From Paragordius varius (lineage: Eukaryota; Animalia; Nematomorpha), in assembly GCA_964247055.1 (NCBI GenBank), contig OZ176050.1:4960001-5024000 (forward strand): DNA of 64,000 bases, read 5' to 3'. The notes under the pieces are model-generated. The model was not told the origin of the DNA, ran no database searches, and worked only from the letters and a program-made list of their open reading frames with translations. Positions 53,601 to 64,000 of the stretch are shown in pieces (position 1 is the stretch's first letter; each line of letters starts with the position of its first letter). A program made the position numbers and the translations under genes.

Positions 53601-56219
53601 TTTAATATGAATTAATAAGGTGCTCATAATGGTTCATAGATTAACTATGGTAAAACTATAAAATTTAATCTATTTTTCTGACAAAACTCAATGCATATAA
53701 ATATGATAAATATTGATTTTATAAAACTTAAAAACTTCCATTAGTCCTTGAATAAATGGGAGCTAAAATATTATATTAATGCATAGCATCAACATTAAAT
53801 AGTTATTAATCATTAAATAAGACAAGATAAGATTTATTAATTTGCATAGAAGGCTTAAAACTAAAGGATTTTTACACATTATATTGTTTAAAAAAAATAT
53901 TTTCCAATTTTAAGGAAAAACGTACTTTTGAAAATAATAATATTACCCCTTACAATTTTTAAAAAATAAAATAAATAATAACAGTATTAATGGATCATTT
54001 CGAAAATAAGCCAGACTTTTGAAGAAGCAATAATATTTAAGACAAAAACATTCCCTTACTTATTCATATGTTAATAATTCGTAATTCTTTACTTTTTAAA
54101 TAGAATAGGCATTACTCATGAGAAACTATAAATATATTATACTTACCACCAGTCTGACACATAATTCTCCGTAAGTATCATTGAGCGAAATGTCAAACAA
54201 CCTTGTAATAAAAATCCAATGCCTTTTTCAAATTCCTGTATAAATATTGTAGATTTATTCACATATAAAGTTTTATAAAAAAACTCAGAAAATTCTTTAG
54301 GCACATATCCTTGCAAAACAGAAAGATTCTGCCTTATTATCTTTCAAGCAAAAATAAAATGATAAATTAGCTAAAAAACAACATCATTTTGACATATGAA
54401 AAAAACGTAGGTATAAAAAATCAATACATTCAATCTTTGTTTGTAATTGACTGGTACCAAGTGTGGACTGTATTGCTGTAAAGTTTGTAAATTTTCACGT
54501 AATTTATCCATAGTGTCTTTAAAGAAGGGAACTGGTAATCTTGGTAATAATGTTTGATAAGCATATAAGCCAGGATATGTGTCGAGTCCCAATGCAGAAA
54601 TAATTGAATCTTCAATATTTAATAAAAAATTATTAATTTTGTTGATATTAACAGCGAAAAAAAAATTGATTTAAACAAAGAGTATTCCAAAAAAATTGAT
54701 GTAGATTAAATAAAGTGATGGGATATTGTCAAAAATCTAAATTTCAACCACTTTTGATCAATATATTAAGCAAAACTTAATTAATTAACTAACATTAAAA
54801 ATACTATTAATTATTGAAAACTTTATATTTATCTTAATTTTTATCCTGTCAAAAGGTTTATAACAGATTTGAATTGTTTTATATAACTTCCCTTGTTTAT
54901 GCGCTTAATTAAATTAACACACATCTATATAACCAATGATAAATGGTAAAATTATAAAAAAATATAAAACTGAAAATGGTAATGTTATTGTTTGGTTGAA
55001 CAGCGGAATTAACGTGATTGCTATCAGAATTTGATTTGTTATTCAAAGGTTCTGTGTTAATCCCGGCTTTTGTTATACCATTTTTTTCTATTATATCAGA
55101 TTGTTGTATTAATATTAAAACAATAAACACAAGATATTAAATGATGCCAGAATAAAATTAAATAATTATATATATAATTATATATTTTTAAATATAAAAA
55201 TTTATTTTTTGAAAAATATATACTTGTGTTACTGATTTGCGGTCCATTTCTTTGTTCAGCTTGCGTTAATTTTGCATATTTCACAATATCTTCATCATTG
55301 AGTTCTGTGGAAAATTTTCGTTGTCCAAAAATTTTAGGTCGCTCAAAAAAGGCCGTAAATATCCGGACCCAAAACATATACCACCAAACTTGTTTACTTT
55401 CCGATTTGATTCCGTCATCTTTTAACAATTTATTCATTTGAGATAATAAGATAATGTTTATATTTTTATTTTTGTGATAATCTTCCTCAGAAATACAGAT
55501 TTACAATAAAAGGGCCATTAAATCAATGTAAGTTTCTAATATTTTTTCAAAATTTTAGCCTAACATTTATCATTAACAGTTTTTAACTGAAACAATTAAA
55601 AGTCATTTTCTTACCAGCTTTATCAACATTCATTTTATAATTTTGACATAATTTAATCCATTTAAATAAAATTTAAAATGTTTTTTGTTGTATTATTAAA
55701 TATAATAGGATATAGTTACATATAAAAATTATGAGGAGTCATGAAAAAAAACATTTATTTTACAAGCAGTGTGGGTCAGTGTAACATTGCAACAAAAAAA
55801 AATTAAAGAGTATTTTAAACTTATAAATAATACCAAAAATTAATATTTTTTGTAATATATATTTTTTAAAATTAAAAAAATAGTACTGATCCACAGAGAT
55901 GGGGACAACAAAAAACGACAAAAGTAAATCCTTATTTGACTGAATACACAAAAGGTAAGAACAAATATTAAAAACGAGATCAATAGCTTCCAGTGAGTAT
56001 TGGTTAGTGCTAACATTAGACATAATATTTACTTGATAAGAAGGTAGTAAGGTAGAGTTCAGCAGAAAATCCAAAGAAGAAATTTATTATTTGAAAAAAA
56101 TAATTTCTAAATAGGCTTGTTGTTTCAGGAATACATTCAAATATACAATACGCTACACAAAAACATATTAATGAATTTATCAAAGCAAATGGCCATAAAA
56201 AATATAGTTTTGAAATCAT
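47662..56219 (-). CDS. CPT1: Carnitine O-palmitoyltransferase 1-like (5' structure provisional)
   Basis: TM exons 56219-56033 and 56009-55887. Catalytic-domain exons from 54609 to 47662 contain [34 protein letters not shown], catalytic [51 protein letters not shown]. The start codon and the exons between 55887 and 54865 are uncertain. Confidence 0.9.
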
Positions 56220-56744
56220 TGTTTTAATCAGGCATGATATAACGTCTGAATGTGGTAAAGGTGGTTCACAGGAACAGCCTTCATATTATTTAATTTATAC
56301 AAAAAAAAGCTGATCACTTATTTTTTAATTATTATGTATTTTATTGTATTTTATTTCCAATTTTTATATGTATATGCCAATATTGGTGTTGTAATCAGAA
56401 ATTCTAGTGGTTTTTCATCAATTTATATATTATCGGGTTTGCAATCGGATATTAAAATAAATAGAGGTATTCTTTGAATGCAAAAACTATTTTATTCAAA
56501 ATTTATTATATCAATTTGGTTTTAATTAATATTGACATTTATTGAGGGTGTTTAATCACCATAAACAGTGCATTCGGTGATTACCCTTACAAGTGATCAA
56601 ATGTGGTTTATTGTCGTAACTGCCCCTTATCATAAAATGGCGAAATTTAGGAACATTTTAATCCTTTGCGATTCAAATTGGTTTGCTAGTGACTCACCAT
56701 ATAATTGATATTATATAAAAACTACTCAAATTTATAACCTATTA

Positions 56745-57175
56745 TTTTTGGGGGTAGTTTTATAAACTCAATTCTTTTTAGGGAAGAATTATATTCCAGA
56801 GCCATTTAAAATTGGAATATGCTAATAATTTATGGATTCGATAATATGCTTTTTTAGTCTTTTACGGGCTTATAGAATTTTTTAAAAAATTTATTGTTGA
56901 AATCCTCATCTCAAACTTTGTCGCCATCCCATGAATTTTTTTAATCGTTAAGGAAGAATATATATTATGGTTAGAAAATGTAACTTTTTAAAGCCTTCAA
57001 GTTACATTTTACCAGCAAAAACTTGATTTTTGATTTAAATATCAGCTCTTCGTTACTTATGTTGCGGAGCTGTCTCAATTTGATCCAAAAGTCACAAAAC
57101 TGAAAATATGTTTTTACATGAGAACAATGTTTGATTATAGGTAAAATAACTTTTAAAAACTACCCCAAAAGATAA
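56745..57175. mobile_element. Degenerate third copy of the TTAA-MITE family
   Basis: 56990-57120 is the reverse complement of the family interior (GACAGCTCC, TCAAGTTTTTGCTGGTAAAATGTA). It is flanked by the inverted pair TTTTGGGGGTAGTTTT / AAAACTACCCCAAAA. Confidence 0.55.
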
Positions 57176-58339
57176 TCTAGGAGTTTTTTGCTTAATTCTC
57201 TTAAAAAATAGAATGCAAATTTTAATTAATTTTAATATATATAATTTCTATGGTAAAAAACTACCAAACGGTTTTGATTTAGCGATTTAACAAAAAGAAT
57301 ATAAAAGGTTTTATATGATAATTTTTTGCAATAACACTCAAATACTAATCATGTCCATAATCCTTTGATTCGAATTGGGGTGGTTAAGGACTCCTAAACT
57401 GTTTAAATCAAATTTATAAAATATAGAATTTTTTATTAATAATTCCCGGCGTTGTCAGCTAATCTAATTTATATATAAGTTAAAATGGATTTTACACATT
57501 ATCTTAGCATATGGTAAGGTGTTAGCTTTTATATATGTAAATTCTATTAAACTGGGAGTGTAAATATTTTTTATAAAGTACGCATATTATTCTGATATAA
57601 TAACATAAATGAAAAAAATTCCTTTAAAATAACCAGCTGTTGTTATATACAATTAATTTTTTAAAAAAATTGTATATAAGGGCTTAAAAATGGTTAAAGT
57701 TTCGATCCTTTTTTAGTTGTTAAAGTTATAAAATATGTAAAAGTATTTCCACAAAATATTTTTTGCCGATAATATTTAAATTCGCCTGAATGCTAAACTA
57801 TGAACTATATAATATTTTTAGGCATATATTATCATTTTTGTTTTATATAGTTTAATTAAATGATGATATGCTTGAAATTAGGAAGTGTCCAACATGCTTT
57901 TCTCCAAGATAGTGTGTTCGGCCGGAAAAATTTGAACATATATAAATTCCAAAATATGCAAAGCTATTTACCTAGTGAAATTGATATTTCAACAAGTTAA
58001 AATTTGGCAACAAACTAGAAAAAAATAATGATTGTCTTCATAATTTTACAACTCAAATCTAATAAAATATTTAATGTTTATATATTCGAATACGGCTAGT
58101 CATTTTTTAAGTCGAAAATGCGCGCGAAGCCCTTGTGTTTGTAAGCCTGATCTAAAGAATGTACACAAGATTACTCCGTGTGGGGACCAATTAATAATTG
58201 CGTTGTTTTTGTATTTGTTAACATTTTGCTAATTAGCTAATAGGTGAATTATGATTTTATAAAAAATTAAATTTCCCTGGGGCATAACACTACTCCTAAA
58301 GCCATGAACAAGTGTCAATTAAATAAATTTGATTTTTAG

Positions 58340-61300
58340 GATCAGCATGTATGTGTATTGAACAAAAAACACGGGCATGTATAGATGGAAAATGCCAATG
58401 CGTCCCAGGATATTATGGATACGAATGTCAATATCGTAAGTATTTTTTAAGTTTTAATTACCTTATTTAAACGCCTAAGTTTAAAGGAGACTTAATAAGT
58501 CCTATGGGCAAATTATTATCTGAAAAACGTATATGTTTGGGCATCTCAATAAAGGAAATAATGCGTTTGAGAGAAAAATGTATATTATCAAAATGCGTCT
58601 AACGATTGGCTAATTTTTTTAAAACCTAATATTACATGTAATTTTAAATATTTAAATATTTAAATCTTTTTCGAAAGGCGTTCAAGTTTTTTTTGGATTC
58701 TGACAATAAATACGTAGTTTATATTGTTGTTTACTATAAAATGTTAATCACACATGTTTATATGCTCGTTAAATATTTTTAGCCCTGGCTGTCTTAAAAA
58801 GGAATTATAATAAAATAGAAAATTTAAAAATATGCGCCACTTCAGGTTCCATGTCAATTTCACTAGAAAAAACGGTTATTATCTAGATTTCAGTTCGAAA
58901 GAATATTTTTGTAAAATATTTTTGGTTCTATTTTTTTCGAATAATTGTATACCATTTTTCAATAAAAATCATCATTTTTTTATGAAACAACTTCAAAAAT
59001 GTTGCGTTTGGATGAAAATGTCTTTGCTCAAAAAATATCGCGTTTGATTTTGCGTTTGGTTGAAAAATTGTTGTTTTTGACTGAAAAATGGTATTTAAAA
59101 AAATACTTTTCGGGAAATGTTTGCTCTAATTTTAAAAAAGATAATTTATTTCGCATATCAAGTGAAAACAAAAAACTAGGAGAATGAAAATGGGTATAAT
59201 CTGATTTAAACCATTATTTACAAGAGTTATATAATTTATACATGGATCCAATATTGATACCGATTTTTATATATTTTTTGAGCTGTGCTCGCCATAAATT
59301 AAATGTTGATTCTGGCAGATGAGCCAAATGGACTAGAAACTCCTTTTCCAATCATATAAAATATCCTTCCTATAATTTAGTGAGCTAATTTTATCTTGTG
59401 ACAAAACTGTTTTTCTTGTATTTTTGACAAGTAACAAAACATTTGAAGATAGAGTTTTTAAAAGGGAGCAAAACCTTTTTTCTTTTAAAGGGTTAAATAA
59501 AATTGAGTTAAATTGTCAAAAAAAACCCAATTTAAATTATATCAATATACATTTTGTAATATAATAAATTTTAGCTTGTGATTGCGTTCAACATATATAT
59601 GCTTACACTAATAGCTGTACTGCCAGAGGATATTGCCATTGTTATGCTGGTTACTATGGTAAAAAATGCTCAAACGGTATTAATTTATATAAAAATGTAG
59701 CATAATATAAATCGATTATTACAGAAAACTATAAAAACTATATCATTATCCATCGATTTTTTTTAATTAAGTGCTGTACACAATTGTAAAATTCTAAAAC
59801 ATAATTTGATATCCTTTTAATATAGTTGTGTCCGGCAAAGTGTCGTTAATACCATTAAATTAAAATGCTTCATAACTCCACCATTAAGATTTCACTACAT
59901 GGGTCAAAATCTATAACTTACAATACCAATTTTTTTATTGCAGATTAAAAGTTTGATTTCGGCTAACATATTAAGGTATCGGCAAATATATCTTGATTCC
60001 AATCAACTAAATAGCTGATTTTATATTAAATATGCATGGTAAAGATTCTCTATATTTATAGAAATGGAAAGTGGTGGCTTTATGATCTGTTTCCGGAAAA
60101 CCGGTAGACCCATTCAAATCCAAATATCGAAAATATATAGACATTAATGAATGCCCCGACAATAGCTTCGCCCTTTTTTTGAATTAGGCTCCCAGTTCGG
60201 CCTGCCCCGTGTAAAAAACTGTTTTTTTGAAAACAGAAGTCCAAAAAATCGTTTCTTTCCGAAGAACGTGTTGGACCATTCAATTTCAAATATGATTTTT
60301 GTCTATTTATTTTCTATTGCGCCGAACATAGACGGCTCACCTTTTTAATTTAGGCCCTCTTTTTACATGCTCTCCCCGTAAAATGCCATTTTTCAAAAAA
60401 ATTAAGCCCACAAAAATAATTTTTTAAATCTATTTTTCACCCAAAGTGTGAGACCGTAAAAATTCAATAAGGATTCCAGGTGTTTCCAATTAAAAGGCAA
60501 AAACTTTAGTCGTGCGTTTCTTTTATATTGGCTTTCGGGTAAGGAGCTACCCGCTAATAACTGATCCGTCATATCGAAATAGTGTGCCTTTGGGGCTTTT
60601 CAGAAAACCTATCAGGCCAATCAGTGCTTAAAATATTACCCGTAAAAAGTCAAAAATTTAAGTCGAGCGGATTTTTTAAATAGCGGTTAAATATTTACGC
60701 CCTAAATAATGCGCTATCATTGATCTATTATTTAGTTTTTAAGCCATTCTTCCATAAACTATTAAGAGCATATGGAATGAATGATGATTCCAGGTATTCC
60801 CGTATAAAGGCAAATTTTTTTATCTAACTACATTTTTATATTGACCTCTGGGTAGGGGGCTACCCGCCTTAAACTGCGATACCATATCAAAATTGCGTTG
60901 TTTAGGAGTTAACAGAAAACTTATCAGGCCATATAAGTCTTATAAGGGCCTGAAATATTACCCGTAAAAAGACAAAAATTTAAGTCCGGATTTTTTAAAT
61001 TAGCGGTTAAATAGGCTCTGGGTAGGGGGCTACCCGCGTAAAAATGCGTCACTACATCGATAAAGCAAGCCTTTGGAGCCAAATTTCAGAAAACCTATGA
61101 GACTATGTGAGTTCAATAAGGGCCCAAAATATTTATTACTCCTTAAAAAACATATATTTTAGTATAGGGGGTTATTTCAATGATTCACTAAGAGAAGTTT
61201 TACGCCCTGAAAAATTCGCCGCCATAGAGCAGTTTTTTGGTTTTGAAGCAATATTTCCAAGAACTTATAGGAACATATGGACATTAAAATTCCAGATATT

Positions 61301-62366
61301 CCCCATATAAAGACAAAAATTTTGCCCGACGTTTTTTAGACCTGCCTCTGGATAAGAAGCTACCCGCCAAAAACGTGCCATTATATAGAAATTGCGTTGT
61401 TTTGAAACTAATTAAAAATTTATGCCATATGAGCTTATTTAAAGCTTGAAGTATTACCCTTAACTAGGTAAAAATTAAGGTCAAGCTTTTTTTATTAGCC
61501 GTTAATTTGGAGCCTTTATGCCCTAAAAATACGCTATCATATAACATTAGTGTTGAGGTATTTTTTCGAATAACCAATGAGACGATGGTCTTAAAGATGA
61601 TTAAAATATTTTCCCTATAAAGGCAAAAAATTTAACTTAGCGCTTTTTCCATATAGGCCTATGAGTAGGGGTCTACCGGTTTAAAACTGAGACGCCATAC
61701 AAAAATGGCTTGGCTTTGCTAATTTTTAAAAAACTTAAGAAGCCATACGAATTCAATAAAGGCTTTAAATATTATCCATAAAAAGGTGAAAATTATAGTA
61801 TAGCGGTTTTTTCCGTTAGCCGTCAATTTGGGGCCTTTACACCAGTAAACAATATGTTAGTATGAATGCACCGTTTTAATAATCCTATGAGATCATAGTT
61901 ATTAAATAATGTTTCAAAATAATCCAGATATATGGATCATTTTATTGTCCTTTTTTTCAAATACCCCCCCTCCTCCGAAGGGCTTCCTCGCTCTGCGTAG
62001 CAGCACGAGATTTACGCTAGTATATTATAAAATATAATTTATTTAAAATAGTGTCCTATTTCGCAAAACCTAAAAAAAGTTTTCGTTCGAAACGGTATAA
62101 TAAAGAATTTTTAAATTTTAAATTTAAATGCATGCCCATCTATTAATAATACTTTTAAAAGGCCATAGTTATATCCTACAACCTTTAAAATATTTAAGCT
62201 TGTTGGCTTTGAAATAATCAACTATATTTATTATAGTGTTACATTATACATAAAACACTTGATATAGCCTGCTTATGTAGACAAAAACACAGTGTTTCCT
62301 TGTTCTGTGGAATATTCGGAGACTGTAATTGCAAGCCTGGATTTTATGGGAAGCGATGTGACGAAA
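58340..62366 (+). CDS. EGF-like repeat protein, partial (three symmetric phase-1 exons; start and end not resolved)
   Basis: Exons 58340-58435 (ACMC..C.DGKCQCVPGYYGYEC), 59575-59676 (PCDC..C..RGYCHCYAGYYGKKC) and 62268-62366 (ACLC..C..FGDCNCKPGFYGKRC). Each is bounded by AG/GT in phase 1 with length 3n. Confidence 0.8.
60046..62021 (-). mobile_element. Helitron/Helentron-like element with internal tandem repeats, copy 2 (EGF-gene intron)
   Basis: Colinear reverse complement of 8.4-10.64 kb (e.g. GAAAACCGGTAGACCCATTCAAATCCAAATATCG and AATGCCCCGACAATAGCTTCG). The minus-strand start is tttataatat-ACTAGC and the end is ATAAATATAGAGAAT. Confidence 0.7.
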
Positions 62367-62610
62367 GTTTTATATTGATAAATATCACTTTTTAAATAAT
62401 TTATATAATATAGTTTTATAGATCTAGAAGCTTGGATTTTTTATGATACTATGTTTAACTGAAAAACACAAAAACGGCAAAACTTCTCAATTTTTTAAAT
62501 TCAACAAAATAAATTTTTTTATTTTTAAAATTGTTATTGCAATTTTATTAACCGTATTTTTTCAATATTATTTCTATTACATATTCGATAAAATGTTGTA
62601 TTTATTAGAA

Positions 62611-62902
62611 CAGTTGAACACGCCGCCTGCGGGCTGCATGCGACCCACCAAAATATTTCTGCGGCCCACGAGAAATTTTAATCACAAAATTTCATGAATT
62701 CTAAGTAAAATTGATTTTGTTAAACAAAATTTCTGATTTATTCCAAATTTTGGCAATGAACTAACAAAAAATGTTAAAACAAATAGTAGTTTTTACAGTC
62801 TTATATTTAAAATCTAATGCCCATGTATTTTGCAAATGTGGCCTGTCGGATTTTTTGACCCGAAAATGCAGCCCTTGAAGCCAATTGTGTTGGACACCCC
62901 TG
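62611..62902. mobile_element. hAT-type MITE with 8-bp target-site duplication
   Basis: The right end GTTGGACACCCCTG and subterminal GCGGGCTGCATGCGACCC / GCGGCCC are typical of hAT MITEs. Flanks TATTAGAA and TATTGGAA match at 7 of 8 positions. The left TIR is degenerate. Confidence 0.7.
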
Positions 62903-64000
62903 TATTGGAACATAACTTTGCTGTTTATATTCTTTATTTTAGCATGTGAAAATTATTCTATCGCTAAAATATATTAACCAAACCGAAACAGATTCAAAAC
63001 AACGTTAATATAGATTATAATTTATTAACCAAGGAGGCTAAAAACGGTTCTAGCTTGAAAGACTATATTTATCTAAGACAAAATCTTGTTGTTTAATTAA
63101 TTGTTCATTTATATTTTTCTAACAATAGTAAATAAGAAAATTCACACATAGAAAAACTTTACCTTGATAATAATTTTAAATTTACGTTAAAAAATATTAA
63201 CAATTTAGATTTAGAGTTTCTTTTTTCCCCTGGCTCTTCATGATGATTTATATCAGTGATACTCAAACCGCGGCCCTAAGATCGCTTTAAAATTGCCCTA
63301 TGACCATATGGATACTTAAATTATTTTTTTATTGATAATTTTTAAAATACACATAAAAACGAATTTTCCCTTATTTTAATATTAATTTATTTTCATTAGA
63401 TTAAATTTTGGTATTTTTTATTTTTTATCCAATTTGAAATGTAGAATTTCCCTACATTAAAATTGTTTTAAAATTTTGGCACAAGTTGTTTGTGTTCTGT
63501 ATTCTATTTTCTTTTCTATTTTGGAATTTTTATTTTATTACATTTTTGTATTTAGGCAAACCTTTCCCAAACTTGCATATAAATATTCTTTTCATTGCTA
63601 GCATCATTTTTTCATTGCCATAAAATATTTTTCTAATCAAAATCAGTAAATTTCGTCCTGTTTTTATAGCATAATTTATATTCCTATTTTTTGAAAAAAA
63701 TTACATAATATTTAAACATAAATTTTAAGGATTAATGCAAAAAACCGTAAATTATCCAATGCAAATCGCTTTTTTAAATAAGAATCGGAAGAAATTTTTT
63801 TTGTCGTTTTATAAATGTTGTTACCTGCCTTATATGTTAAGACAACATAATTATAAAAAATACAATTTTGAAAGACATTTTACAATCCATCATTTTCATA
63901 AATTACCGGAAAATCATGAGGAAAGAAACGAAAATAATAAAAAGATTAAGAAATTATACCAAAAAAAATCTATTTTGTCCAGCCTCGTATGAAAATTTGC

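Noticed and set aside
56360-56430. DEKPLEFLITTP as a divergent CPT1 N-terminal exon
   Set aside because: The resemblance is weak, with no ATG and no phase-compatible GT donor.
57860-58245. Possible first exons of the EGF-repeat gene
   Set aside because: Each candidate frame hits a stop or has the wrong phase for the acceptor at 58339, so none can be supported.
63735-63992. Terminal ORFs, also 58832-59187 and 62443-62697
   Set aside because: They have AT-driven composition with no domain signal. 62443-62697 simply reads into the hAT MITE.

Overview
AT-rich eukaryotic, animal-type nuclear DNA. It uses the standard code and every intron I could model is GT-AG. I reconstructed 12 intron-containing genes by hand. 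In order: LPLA2/LCAT (runs off the left edge), SLC35F6, phosphorylase kinase gamma, OSGEP/Kae1, a tetraspanin with a very large extracellular loop, alpha-L-fucosidase, RNase H2A, an acetate:succinate CoA-transferase/acetyl-CoA hydrolase, SOAT/ACAT, a WSC-FN3 receptor tyrosine pseudokinase, PP1 catalytic subunit and CPT1. There are also three EGF-like exons of an incomplete 13th gene. The most striking feature is gene architecture. (i) 24 micro-introns of 23-34 nt (peaks at 23 and 25) sit at the 5' ends of genes, while some downstream introns are expanded by transposons to 1-3 kb. (ii) Four head-to-head gene pairs have start codons only 2-124 bp apart, and in two pairs one CATG palindrome could supply both start codons. 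(iii) Conserved enzymes carry long hydrophilic insertions, often at intron positions. Non-coding DNA holds several non-autonomous element families: Helitron-like with internal tandem repeats, ~1.1-kb palindromes, TTAA-flanked MITEs and a hAT MITE. The organism cannot be identified from the window. A reduced or parasitic animal (dicyemid, orthonectid or myxozoan type) is my inference only. Comparisons with human orthologues are from memory, not from alignments I ran. I saw no rRNA, tRNA or CRISPR array.
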